Part shown: piece by piece, positions 51,001 to 64,000 of the stretch
Numbering within the stretch: the first letter of the stretch is position 1
Layout of the letters: each line of letters begins with the position of its first letter
Origin: Azolla caroliniana
Lineage: Eukaryota; Plantae; Polypodiophyta
Assembly (NCBI GenBank): GCA_043228905.1
Contig: JBHGNT010000009.1
Location: forward strand, 12,090,001 to 12,154,000
DNA: 64,000 nt
Reading direction: 5' to 3'
Translations under genes and position numbers: made by a program
Notes under the pieces: generated by a model
Seen by the model: only the letters and a program-made list of their open reading frames with translations
Told to the model about the DNA's origin: nothing
The model's database searches: none

Positions 51001-54000
51001 TCGAGTTTGTCAATTTCTTGTTTTACACAGGCCGCATAGTTTGGGTTCATACGGTATCGATGTTGCTGGATCGGTTTCGCGTCGGTCGCTAAATTGATCT
51101 TATGTTGATAGAACTTCGGATCTCACCCCTTCATGTCCTCGTGGGACCAGGCGAACACATCTTTATACTTCCTGAGTAGTGCTATCATCGCGTCTCTCTG
51201 ATTCGGCAGTAATTCTTTTGCGATGGAGAGGAATCGGGGTTCTGACGTTATACCCACGTTTACTTCTTCCAGGGCTGAGGCAGTGACTCGTCGTGAAATT
51301 TCCATTTCCCTCTTGAACACTGCCTGTGGTCTGCTTAGTTCTAATATTGACTGCAAGTTTGGTTCGTAAGCCTCGTTGTGGAGCGTAGCGGGCATGGCAT
51401 ACTCCGCCGCGGTTTCGAATAGTGGAATGATCCGGGGGTGCTCATCTAGGTATACCTCTAATTCTGTATCGTCCACCCCAACCAACATATTTATATCCTC
51501 TGTATATAATGTTGTTATGCCCTTGGGTTGTGCCGCCATTTCCTCTGTTGGTACGCGAACCTTGGTGCGTCCGCGTCGAAAGTTGATACACTTATGTTGC
51601 CAGTTGTGCTTGATATTCGCTGAACGAAGCCACGGTCTGCCCAAGAGCATAGGATACGCTCCTGTGCGTCAAGGGCGAGGACTACCACCGAGATGTCGAA
51701 GTGCTGTCCTCCCACGATAATGCCTATCTTGCGTATCAAACCCAATGGTCGTACTGAGTGGGTATCCGCCATGCGAAACCAAAACGGGGAAGCTTCCCAT
51801 TCTGAAATTCCCAATTGTACATGTCTTCGCGCTAATTGCATTAACGCCCGAGCCGCCGTCAATTACGCATCCTGGGATTTCCTGACCGTGTAGTATCAAC
51901 TTAATAGCCGGATTGTGGTGATCCACCACTGTTGGTCTGACGCTGATGTCCATAAAATTTACGGCGACGCATACCCCAGGTCTGCCCGTTATCCGATCCT
52001 CCACAGCCTGGCGGAATCGTGGGACTAGTTATAGTAGCTTCTCCACGGTTAACGTTATCTCGCAGTCTGCCAATGCTTGCCATATGGGATCCGGAGATAT
52101 TCCATCTTCCTCCAATGGCTCCACCGTGTTTGCGGACTCCTTCCACATGCGTTCCGTATTTGCCACGTTTGCTTTTTCAACCCATGCTTGGGCTATCTGA
52201 CGTATCTCATCTTGCGCGGTCCAATCAACATTTTTGGTTTGTTGCCGTGTCGTGACTTGTTGTACTTCCGCCATAATTGTGTTGACGGCGGGCCCATTGC
52301 CTTTGCGTATTGGGCATTGCATGGAATAATGTTTGGGTTGTTGGCAAACAAAACAATGGATGCTAGATTCGCCCTTCTCGACAGCTGGTGGTGTGTGCCG
52401 ATCCCCAGGTGTGACTTGCTCCTCCCAGTCCTGGTTCGTTCGTCGGAGCGTACGCGGTGGTTGTTGTTGGTCCAGGCGCGGTTCTTGGTGTTGGTCATCG
52501 TCCGAACTTTCGTCGTACCACCGTTCGTCCTGATATTGACGATGTTTTCCGCAAGGCCCATTGAAGCCGCCACGTTTGTTCATTAGACGGTAATTCTCAT
52601 AGCGTCGGCCCCCTTTAGTATTTCTATGGTTGCCACAATAGTCTTCATCCTCCGGCTCATCTTCCTCGGAATCGTTGTGATTTCGACAATTCCGGTAGTG
52701 TCGGTCATCATGTGGGTTCCGATCCATATATCGGGGTTGTTCTTCATGCCGCCTTTGCTCATTACGGTGAGGGGGACTCTGTGTTTCCACACTGCGTATT
52801 GTGGGTGTGGATCTGTTCAACATATTGTACTCACACTGCTCAACTGTGTGAGCTTCCGAGTGACAGATTGGGCAGTGCATTCGCATGTTGCATTCAACTG
52901 CGGAATGCCCCGAATTTAAGCAAATCGTGCACTAGACCGCCTAGCGAAAATCTCGTTCCTCGTCCTGAGGTAATGTTTGTCGTAATGAGGACATGGAAAA
53001 CCTTTCCTCTTCTTCGTCCAGCTCGAGTTGTAGCACTTGTTCTATGACCATATCGGCCATTTCCCCTTTCACGTTATTGTTGTTGAGCATTGTCCGTATT
53101 GGTCGTCGTAATGCTGCCAGAAATGTCTCCCGAGCCTCGTCCTCCGTCGGGCCCCGTTCTAATTTCTGTTGTAGATTTTGGAAGCGTTAACTGAAATCCG
53201 CTACCATCTCGGTCGAAAACTATTTAATTTTCTAAAACTGCCCGACGATTTCGCGTTGCGGTACCCTCCGATGAAAAAAACTTAGAAAGGCTGATTGTAG
53301 CTGGTTGAAGGTCGTGATTGCTAGCAGATCCATCTGCGAATGCCAAAACGCCACTCTCCCATCCAAGGTTAGTCCGAACTTTGTCATTTTGGACTGGTGT
53401 GCTACTCCTTCGGAAAGGCTCTACGCCATGTGGTTTGCATTCCAAACATTTAGGAACAGTTGAATGTGGGTTGCGGCGTCGGTTTCGCTGTTGAAGCGGG
53501 GATAAGAAAAGGCCATGCTGGATGCTACGGCGGGCAAGGAAAGACCACAATGCTTATGTGGTGAGCGCGCTTCATACGTGTCACGGAGGTATTTGGGGAG
53601 CGAGAAATCGTCTTTGTGGTCCCGAGAGGAGTCACTGAGGTCGCTAAGGCGAGGTTTCTACCGTGCGTGCTCCTCTGCCTTACGTGTGATGGACCGTGTG
53701 ATTGGTCGGTCTTGTCGTGTTGGTTCTCTGGGTCATCTGTGGCTAAAAATCCATTCGTCACTGTTCCTTTGTGAGGAGACACAGATCACCAAGCGTGCCA
53801 AAAGTGTTACCGATTAGGAACACGGTCTACGGTCAGTCCTTCGACCTAGACCTCAAAGTGACTATGTTGCAACGAATGGTATCGTCGTAGCATAATACTT
53901 AGTGGGATACCTCCCGTATCCTAGTAGCGTATAAGCGAGACGACTACAACCGAAATCCTTAGATATCAGAGGATTTCTACCCTTTATATACACATGATCT

Positions 54001-54106
54001 TTTAGCCGTTCACGCTTCCTGCGTGAACCATTTACATGCGTTACAATTTTACTATATTCTATATTTCTGCGCTCCTGTCCGTCGGTTACTATTCCGGCGG
54101 ATAACA
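45040..54106 (-). mobile_element. Full-length Ty3/gypsy element E (LTRs 53805-54106 and 45040-45508), TSD CTGGC/CTAGC
   Basis: PBS TGGCACGCTTGGTG at 53787-53800 (-), gag ~52029-53516, PR, duplicated RT, RH joined to mid-integrase by deletion at ~48722, extra ORF ~45560-47611; 5' LTR internally deleted. Confidence 0.93.
48963..51402. repeat. 1220-bp tandem duplication covering the RT domain of E
   Basis: 48963-50182 is near-identical to 50183-51402. Confidence 0.93.
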
Positions 54107-57100
54107 CTAGCCGGTTCTTCTCTCCTTGGTTCCGGCACCGGTTCTGCTTGTTGGGATGCTTATGTTGCCCATCGGGGGTTGTATTTGGCAAGTAGTTGTT
54201 GCTGTTTTGATGGCTGTTGTGGTGTCACCTCCATCCATGCCCTCTTTTTTGGCTTGATGGTGAGTTGTGGTGGCACGAGAATTGTAAGCCACTGCACGAC
54301 TATGGTCCATGCCTTCTTTCCATTTATAACTGCAATGATCACTATCTGGAGGGAGTCTGCTATGATTAAGGGCCAATCCACCCGTAAGCCTTCAAAAGAT
54401 GTGATGATAAAGTCTGCTCTGTTCTTTGGCATGTCTAGTGGTCGGGGATGCAGAAACCCATACTCAAGCAAGACTATGGCTATTTCCTGGAATAGAAGGT
54501 TTTCTCCTCACTGCATCCGGTATGCTTTGCTTGCAATTGAAAACTCCCCAAAATATTCGACCACAATCTCGGTGGAGGGTTTTTTAATCGATTGAAATCT
54601 ACACAGAAGCCCGATTGCTACCTACACCGTTGCTTCTGAGATTCCTTCGACATCGATCATCCTCGCGATCTTCTCCAGTTCTTTATGTGGTGGTGCTTCC
54701 GTGACCCGGATAAATCCTTCTAATCCATATAATCTATTTTCTAACACCAGGTATCGTTGATTCCTCTAAGCCCAACCGGTTCTGTCGGCTCTCTGGCTCG
54801 GTGTCGTCAGTTCTTTCCCATATCATCGTTGGTCGGAACGTCCGGTGGATCTATGTTCTCTATTTTTCCGTTATCCCGTTTTTCTCCATGCTGCTCCAGC
54901 GACTTGAATTGGTTCGCCGGCATCGAACCTTTGTACGGTTTGAGCCGGAAAATGTTTACCCATTTCTCTAGTAACTCCCCGACTAAGGTTCCCTCCCAAC
55001 TGGTAAGATCCCTTAAACTCCTTCGTGATCCAGTAAGTTCCGGTCCACGGAAACCTAAGCTTTTCCGGCATGCTCCCCATGTGGGTTTGAAATACTAAAA
55101 TTAGTTACCGATTCCAAATTCCTTGTCGTTACCTCGCCAGTGTTGGTCGATGAACGCCTTTCATCGACACTTCTCTACTTCCATCTGCATTATGCTTAAT
55201 ATCCGATGCTCCTCGAGCTTGCACAACTTCTCCAATTGAACCCATTCCGACTCCTGCTTGCTTAATCGTTCACATACTTGCACTCGCAGGCTTGGGATCT
55301 GAAATTCTATTGGCATCACTGCCTCTAGCCTGAATGCCAGCCGGAAAGATGTCGACCGAATGCTTATTTTGTAAGTTCTCCGGTATGCCCATAATGCACT
55401 TTGCAGCTTTATGTCCCAATTGGTTTGGTTCTCATTCATGATCTTCTTCAATATATTCTACAGCGTCTTGTTCGTCGACTTTGCTAGTCCGTTCAGATAA
55501 TATGGCGTGCATTATTTGTGAACTACGACGTAAAATATCATCAAGCTTTCGACCACCTGTCTGATGAAGTGTCTGCCTTGGGCACTGATAAGTTTGATTG
55601 GACACCCGAACCGGCACCATATACACAAGAAACTTCGTCGTTGATCCCTCGGAGTTGTCCTCAACCCACTTCGTACAGTAGTCCGTTGCCACTATGATAT
55701 ACCAGTTTCCAGTACGTGTTGCTGCCAGCTTGAACGGTCCAACAAAGTCTAATCCCCATTTCTGAAATGGGTCCAGTAGTCAGACCGGCTGGTGTGGCAT
55801 TTGTGCTCATTCTTTGACACAAATCACGCTCTTTGGAGTACCAGACCGAGCCTTTTAAGGTGGTCCGCCACCAGAAGCTGTTGCGTCAAATTTTCCGGGC
55901 CGTTGCATCTTCAGCTATTCCACAATGCGCTTCCTGGAGTATCACCTCCTTTTCGTCACTCCGGACAACGCTTCTCCATACCCCATCAGCTCTAGAATGT
56001 CTTCTAATACGCAAAAATTCCTGCTTTACACTTCCAATAGCTTCCGTTCGTCCTAGTTCATCTCCTCCAGCGAACGTCCGGTACTTGGAAATTGGTGCAC
56101 GTTCGTCATCCATTTATCTTCCACCGGTACAAACCCATCTGCCACCTCTTCCGCAGTGATTTTGAACAAATGGGTTTAGGGAAATTCATCCCGAACTCCA
56201 TCACTGGACTCTTTGGACTCCATCTGGTTAAATAATTGGCGACTACATGGTGGAACTCTGGGCCTATGGTATATGTCAAACTCAAATTCTTACAGGAACA
56301 AAGTTCATCGTACTAGTTTACCGGTTAATGACGCTTTGGACACAAGATATACGAACGTTGAATGATCGACGTGGAAGAAAGATTTCTGACCTAACAAATA
56401 GTGCCTGTACTTGGTCACGCTATATACCATGCCTAGTGCTTCTCATTCTGTTGTGGAATAGTTTCTTTTGGCCGTCGAGAGCTTCCGGCTCGCGTAAATG
56501 CACCGGTTGGTACCATTTTGGTTTCGTAAGCAACATCAACACACTCCCGATTAATACGTCGACACATCGACAAACACATGGGAAATACTTCATCTGGTCA
56601 GGTGGCTACACTATCGGGGCTTGTGATAACATCACCTTTACCTCTTGATATGCCTTATCCTCATGCTCCGTCCATTGTAACAGCAGTCAGTGCACTGTGG
56701 CATGTAGAGGTGTGGCAAAGTCTACTAATTATCGGAGCATCCGGCTATGCCACCGGATTTTTCCAAGAAATCAGCTTAATGCTTTTGCGTTGGTTGGCGC
56801 CAGTGCTTGTAAAATTGACTTGATTTTTTCCGGATCTACCACAATTCCTTACTGACAATATGGCCTAACAATGCTCCACTTGTGACTCTGAATGCACACT
56901 TTGGGGGATTCAAGCTCAATTGGGTGGTCCGACATTTCTCTAAACACATCCAAAGATGGTCCAAATGCTCTATCATTCGGTTGTACATGGTGAAGTCGTC
57001 AAGGAACACCTGCATAAATGCCGGAATATATTCCCCGAATATCTCCATTATAATCCTCTGGAATGTTGTTGGTGCCGTCTTTAATCCAAACATCATTACC

Positions 57101-57911
57101 AATACGACAAACACTCCCTATTCCGTCACAAACACCGTCTTTTCTTGATCCTCCGAATGCATCCGGATTTGGTTTTATCCGCTAAAACCGTTGAGGACAC
57201 TGTACACCTCGTGTCCGGCCATGACCTCTAATACTCCGTCCATGAAGGGAAGCGGAAACACATCGGTTATTGTGGCTGCATTTAATTCCTGGTAATCAAT
57301 GCATACCTGGATGTTTCCATTTTTCTTGGGTACTACCACAATTGGGCTCAACCACGTTGGTTGCTTCACTGGTCAGATAAAAACACTGGGTCATTTGAAA
57401 CAGGTAATATGTCACAATTTAAGAACAATACGTCCAAAAAAGGCACAAAGTAGGTCATTTCACAAAAAGGACTATCACATGCGTAAAGGGTTTTGGAAAT
57501 TGAATCAAAATATATTGATTTATACCATGTTCAAAAATTTAGGGCTCTTAGAGAATGCCCCTAATAATCGACATGTGAAATTTACAAGAGAACGTATAAA
57601 AATTATAAAATGACTAACATGTATATTTATACATATTTGTGAATCGCCATATTGATGTAACATACAATATTTACATTTTATATATGAGATCCATCACTTC
57701 CCAGAGATACGCCTTCCCCTTTGAACCCACCCGATGAACTAGAAGAGCTTTGTGAGGTCTCATCCTCATCATCACTAGCAACCAATGCATTCTCTTCACC
57801 CAATTGCAATCCAATGTCACCGTGATTATGAGACATACTCCTTGTTCATCTCTGTGTTGCGTCAAGAGGCACATCTAGGATCTTCTCTTTTACTATCTTG
57901 ATTGTAGTCTG

Positions 57912-60100
57912 TCATAGATGGCCTATTTTGGTCAAGGAGAAGTCATACACGAGTATGTCGACATTATCAAGTGCTAGACTAGACGTGCTTGGTAGATTCT
58001 TTCTTCTTCGCTTTCTGCTTGTGCCTTGAACATCCTTAACCATCTCTAAAGAGTACTTCCCAGTAAATGTATCTTTGGAGGAGGTATGATACCAATGAAC
58101 CATAATAGACTTTACTTGATTGCCTTCATCATCCTTAATAATTTCAATAATTTTGGCAATCCAGAAGGGATGGCCCAACTTATCACCCCCAGCTAATGTT
58201 GCAACCAACATACCAACTTGTAGCTCATTTAGATTGCCTTGCCACCTCGCCTCTACAGCATGTGATAATCTTGGTCCCCCGTAAATATCTCTTTGTCGTG
58301 GACGAACTAGATTATTCAATTCAAGATTATCTAGTGGTTGTAAAGGAGTCGTGCTTGCCATTGATGGGCCACCAAGCGCCCATGTAAGAATTGATTTTGT
58401 AGTGGCCAGTACCCTGTAAAGTGGTTATCTAATATTGTATGTTGATGATTAAAGAAGACATCCCACCAATCCACATATTGATCACCATCATACTTTTTGG
58501 TTCGCTCAATATTTTTCTGTTTTTCCTCAAGGCACCGCATCCAATATATCTTTTGATCTTCAATTCAACTACCAACAACCACTCTTTTATGGTCGTCATA
58601 GGGCATTTGCTCGACACCATAGATTATTGCATCTGGGAAATGCAATAAGAGCCTAGATCCGTCTTGTGGCTCCCATTGTGAACTAGATGAGTATTGTTTG
58701 GCATACAACATGGTCTGGTTGTGACCGACCACACATTTTTGGATGAGGGAGACGTGGTTAAAACTTATATTATTAAGTGGAGCAAGAACCCTACATCCAA
58801 TCCCATCACCATCCAAACAGAAGCTCTTCAAATCATATACTTCATCTAAATGTTGCACATCTAGCTTGGGGGTATAAGCTTCAGTAATCAACCTTGATAG
58901 CACAGGAAATGTGAAAACATCGCACCTCACTAATTTCATGGAGAACCTACTAAATATTTGATCTATGTGATCATGTGTATGATCAACTAGCAAGAAGTTG
59001 ACCTTAATCCTTTTGAAAATACTAATGTCTACTAACATGCTCAGGTAACCAAACACAGTAGAGTTCTTGTTTTGTCAAGTTGCGCGTATAGTACTAGTGG
59101 GAGTAAACCTCGCCAATTCTGCAAAACTCTTTGCATGACTATAACTGTAAGATTAGGGTCGTTGTGGATATTTGGATAAGTTAAGAACACTTGAGGCCTT
59201 ATTTTCTGACAATACAAAAGACATCCTACTAAGTGCACATGCACTAGGCATTCATCTCCAATATCCTTGGGCAATCTTCGAAAATGTGGCAAACAAGTTT
59301 TCTTTTGATCCATCCCATCTATAATCAAGCACATGTATCTTTTTGGTGATTGAAGCAATTTTTGACGATGGTGCATAGCTTTAGATCTTTCCAACGCTTG
59401 GCTTTCTTGATGCTCTCTCAATAAAGTTTTATATTTTGTTATTTCTTCATCTGTTGTCCCATTCTTTGCCAAGCTTTTTAAACTTTCTTAGATCGAACAA
59501 ACACTTGTTCAGACCTTGCAGGGTATGACCACATTGTTAAACTTCGATCTCCATAAACGATTGAAATGCCTATATTGTATATAAGCTATACTTTCCAATT
59601 ACATGTCATCCTTATAGGTTTGGTATACCTCACGACGAGTGAAGTTATTTGACAAATGTAACCTTCCAGTGGTGGGCATAACATCACATTGCTTCGAGAA
59701 ATAAATCTCCCTCCATCTAACAGCATGTCGCCCAATCAGGCCCTTACATGAAGATTCTCTATTGTTGAAAGGCACCCACCACCCCTTCAGTAATCAATGT
59801 TGAATTCTTTGTAGCCTCATGTTCTCGATGATATAAGCAATTTTAAAAGCAACTTGACAACTCTTCATAGTAAGTGAAAGGTAGTATTCCACCTATTGAG
59901 AACACAACATTGCTAGATGGTCCTTAACAAGTTGCATATTGGCAATCAAGAATGTATCTTGTTCATCACCATTGAGAGACAAATACTTTTGTCGCAACCC
60001 CCGCAAGTTTGCCTTTCCAAATTTTGATAGACAAAGGTTCCCACAACATACCTTGCATATGTCAATTGAAATTTTTCAATCCAAACACAAAAAATTATAT
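57912..60100 (-). pseudogene. Sola-like DDD DNA transposase (decayed) with a C-terminal BAH/Tudor-like beta domain
   Basis: DVMP...LHL...EVY..Y...FNRLW...F..VVIP N-terminus; IIDGMDQ..LP; LYAQLD..NKN; FLLVDHTHDHIDQIFS; C-terminal VGMLVA...PFWIAKI...VHWY. Confidence 0.75.
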
Positions 60101-60669
60101 CGTTTAACACTCACTTGTCGAGGAACTCTTTGAAAATTTAGAGGCTTATTGACACAGTGTTTGGTAGCATTTGATAAACTGGGCTCGACATGAGTTGTAT
60201 CTACTTTAATATATCTTGCTTTACCTATGTTTAATGGCTCTATCAAAAAAATTGACGTCGAGCTTTGCTCTTGATTGTCATTAGCCTTAACATGACACCG
60301 TTTATTATTAACATGGCGATATTCCTTGATTGAGAATAAGGAGTTATCAGATAATATAACAGGCTCAATAGAAAACAAAGAATTTTCACTCGACTTTGAG
60401 GGCATTTTGCTCAAGGCTATGTAACACCAACAATGTCCAAAATAGGCACAAGCTTGGTTTTATAATAAGCACCATGTCCAAGAACATATTTTTTATTATT
60501 TTTAAAAAATAATTTTGAAAATACAAAAAAATTTATATAAAGGGAAGTCATCTTTTATTTCTCATTATCACGTTCAAGCAGAAGAAGAGAACAAGAGCAC
60601 AAGAGCACTCACCAACCAATATCGTTGAGTTTTCGCCTCCCCAGTCAAGTTAACATCTCCAACATCAAC

Positions 60670-63600
60670 ATGAACAAGGGAATGAAAATTGGCAAGTATG
60701 TTTTCCAACCCAACATTTTCGATTCCAAAAAGATTCCTTAAATATTCTTTTTATTTTTTATTTACTTTTTGCTTCCATAATTGATGTGTGCCCCATTCAA
60801 CAGGAACTTGATGCAGTGCATTGAGTTCAATAGGTTCTCGTTGAAAAATGGGATCTTTATGATCAATTGATTAGATTTGGTCAAATTGTTTGTTGTTTTT
60901 TGGTCTACCTCTTCAAGTTTTTTATGTAACATTCTATACAAAAACATATGATTTTTGCTAATTTTTCCCTTATTTAAGAGGTCTATATTGTTTATTATTA
61001 ACATTATTGTCGTATCCTTGTGTCATGACTTGTTATTTTTAGTGAGCCATGACAAAAGGTGTTGTCCTTCAAACTTAAAATTCCATCACCAACAAAAAGA
61101 CCTCAAAGCATTTATCGAGTCAGGAGGTGACAACACCTCAAAGTCTTCTACTGGTATCACACCAAATACTTCAGGCGAAAAGAGTGGGCATCCTCGCCTG
61201 AAGAGCTACCCCCATGTGGAGTGGACACTGATCTACACCGAGGAAGAAGGGGACCTCCTTCTTATTCTTGCAAAGTCTGAAGGTGAAGGCAAGTTATAGG
61301 TGGGAAAGACATTCATCTATGGCTACGTACGGAACATCAAATATGAAGACAATGACTCATCAAACCTCTTCATCGATGTTGATAGATCGGTAGGGTTTCA
61401 CAGAGTCAAGATTGATGAACGTAATTTCATAACTGACTCCTACCACCCTAAAGCCCTAGAAAAGGATGTTTAGAAAAAAAACAACTTGATTGTTGCTTTA
61501 CGCTTGTACATTATGGGAGAGCTCATGGTCACACAAGCAATGACCCCACCAAAGTCTGCCAAGAAGTCCAAACCGGAACATAAGAAGTACAAGAAAAGGC
61601 AGCCACCAGAAGAGGATGACCCGGAGGTCCTCGAGTTCGTAGAAGATGAGGAGGAAGAAGCCGAGCTCGAAGTTATTCCTCCAAGGGGGCACATTTCATC
61701 GGGGATATTCACCTTAGCGCAGAACTGGATCAAAGAAAATATTGTGAAGACGAAGTTTGTCTATAAAGGACAATTATTTCACTTACCAATCTGCTCTATT
61801 CAATGGCCACCCATCGATTCGGAGACAAGAAGACGGGCTCAAGAAATTAGAGAGCCACATTCAGTGCATGTGCAGAACATGAAAAGCAAAATGAAGATTA
61901 ATCCACATGCGACTATAGTGCCATTCTTAGTAATGGTCAACCCAGATCAATGCCCTACTATTGCTGACTTCAAGTAAAGTTCGGCAGATGACTATACATA
62001 CTATGTGATTGGAGGATCCCACTCTACTGAAGCCTGACGTCAACTGGTTAAGGAGTATCCTCTTACCCCTTTCTTCAAGTATGCAGAATGTAAAGTATAT
62101 GTAGGCCTTACACATGAAGAAGCCAAGTTGTTAGCTTGGGATCATAGCAACGATAATGACTATAGACAAAAGATGTCATGTATCGAGTGCATAGTTTCTT
62201 CCATCACGAGTACCTTGATGAGCTACCAAAATTTGGTCCTCGGCTGCATCTTGGATTGCGACGACAATGTCTGCTTGAAGTGGGGATAACAGTTGACTAA
62301 AGCACCAAGTTTGAAGTCCTGAGGAAATATGACTCATGGTTTCAACTTGCCTTTAGAACAGTGGAGGTGTGGGACCTCCAAGATCACATTTTTAGTACGT
62401 GGGAGCATAAAGAAATAAAGGGTCAAAAATCAAAGAAGGCTAAGCTCGAACTACAGGTGGAGATGAAATCTACGTCACGTAAAAGTGACTTGGTAATTGA
62501 AGAGTTAGCCGAAGATATGAAGCTACTTCCTTGGATGTCACTGCAGGGAATTAAGGATGACAGATTATTGATATTTGTATTATCAAGAGTGGCCGCCAAG
62601 GAGTTTAGCCTTGACCAAATGGTCGCAGAGTTACAAAAGTAAGTCATCTATGTGCATGTATCATTTTGATTTAATTGCTTTGTTGATTTGTCCTTTTTCT
62701 AATTTTAGATTCATTTGTTTTTTAGCCATAAGTTGTATATGAAGATTCAAGAGTTGATGATGAAAAAATTGTCCCTGCCTACGTGGGAAGAAGTGGAGCA
62801 ATCTTGCCCAAAAACATCATCTTATAAGGCTCTTTAAGAATTATTTATCGTGTTTAGAGAATGGGTATGTATGTTCTGCAAATATTAATTGATTTTTGGA
62901 TAATGGGTTTCTTCTTACAAAATTTATACTTACAGAAACCACCTCGTTCAAAGCAGAATAGTGAAACCAATGAAGGCATACCTAGCGCCTTCATCACTGA
63001 TTTGGAACGAGCTAAATACGAGAAACGTATGACAAAAGGAAAGGAGCTCGAGGTGGTTGAGGACTCAGATACCGTCAAAAGCTTTTTGCACAAGTGTGAT
63101 CCTTTCCGAAAATTGTATTATAGTGTATATAATAGTGATGTGGGTAATATACTTGACATATGACCCAAGAGACATTATACATTGCTCATCGTAGATATAC
63201 CATATGGTTTCAGAATATCAGGCTCGACATACGACGATGTGACATACAAATATCCGCAAATAGAGAAGATGGTTAAGGACTTCGTAGAGTTGACCCTAGC
63301 ACCATTATGGCATATTGTTATATTTCACAGTATGGGTCAAGCGTTATTGGTTACGACTGCATTGAAGTCGAGATGCCATGCCCGAACATATGCATTGGTA
63401 AACATTCTGTTACTATATATTTAATCTGTGGAATTTATGTTGCTTACGACATATTTATTAACTTGTTTTCAAACAATTGTGCAATAGGGTTTAAACAAAC
63501 ATAACTCGGACCCTAGGTGATCGAATGGTGAGCAATGTGGAGCACATGTGCATGGGCTACTACGACGCAATTTCTAAGAAGAAGGCTCGGGTACATGTTA

Positions 63601-64000
63601 ATGAACGCAACGTTTTCAATTATATCGTGTGCCGAGTTGTAACAAAGAAATTGTGACACGTGCCTAGCGATAAGAGTTTAATAAACCCTTATCAAAAGCC
63701 ACATTGATTAATAAATCGATTGGTCGAGTTGTTCTCGAACCCTGATGATTGGGTTCTCGACTTGATTTTTGGAACAAGTAGATATACCATATGGTTTCAG
63801 AATATCAGGCTCAACATACGACAATGTGACATACAAATATCCGCAAATAGAGAAGATGGTTAAGGACTTCGCAGAGTTGACCCTAGCACCATTATGGCAT
63901 ATTGTTATATTTCACAGTATGGGTCGGCGTTATTGGTTATGACTACATTGAAGTCGAGATGCCATGCCACTGAACATATGCATTGGTAAACATTTTGTTA
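60670..64000 (+). pseudogene. Intron-containing gene: ParB/Srx-like domain fused to a beta-class DNA N4-cytosine/N6-adenine methyltransferase (decayed, 3' part tandemly duplicated)
   Basis: YYVIGGSH..A.RQL...VYVGLTHEEAKLLAWDH at 61999-62150; LLIVDIPYG (DIPY 63194-63205); NPYQKP at 63684-63701; FSNPDDWVLDLIFGT to 63776; GT-AG introns 62639-62725, 62865-62935, 63398-63487; start uncertain. Confidence 0.78.

Larger units (their letters stand above)
43590..57381 (-). mobile_element. Older Ty3/gypsy element L (relative of C/D/E): RT-RH-INT 54830-57381, extra ORF 54112-54760 continuing at 43650-45039; host of element E
   Basis: RT pieces WLSPIVVVPKKNG, VFLDDF; integrase [15 protein letters not shown]; extra-ORF homolog MPKNRADFIITSFEGLRVDW. 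Confidence 0.82.

Noticed and set aside
60670-64000. Bacterial contamination as the source of the ParB-methyltransferase
   Set aside because: Gene has spliceosomal GT-AG introns and several TGA/TAA/TAG stops consistent with the C-to-T decay seen in flanking plant TEs

Overview
Plant nuclear heterochromatin-type window, probably from a seed-free land plant (inferred from the TE repertoire only). It consists almost entirely of nested, mostly decayed transposons, and no ordinary host gene is recognisable. It contains at least six copies of Tnt1/Tork-like Ty1/copia elements (two full-length with 5-bp TSDs, at 23882-29371 and 30304-35178), a second copia lineage (~38-42 kb), four copies of a non-chromoviral Athila-like Ty3/gypsy group, three of which retain an extra 3' ORF (one full-length, 45040-54106), and a tRNA-Trp-primed gypsy (9238-16460). 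The right end (57.9-64 kb) is the most interesting part: a decayed Sola-like DDD transposase gene lies head-to-head with an intron-containing gene for a ParB-like domain fused to a prokaryote-type beta-class DNA amino-methyltransferase (DIPY...QKP...VLDLxFGT). This suggests a plant DNA transposon carrying its own N4C/N6A writer. A second unusual signal is that the Athila-like family has no PPT next to its 3' LTR; it has an inverted tRNA-Arg PBS there instead. Boundaries were read by eye and family names come from remembered motifs, not database searches.
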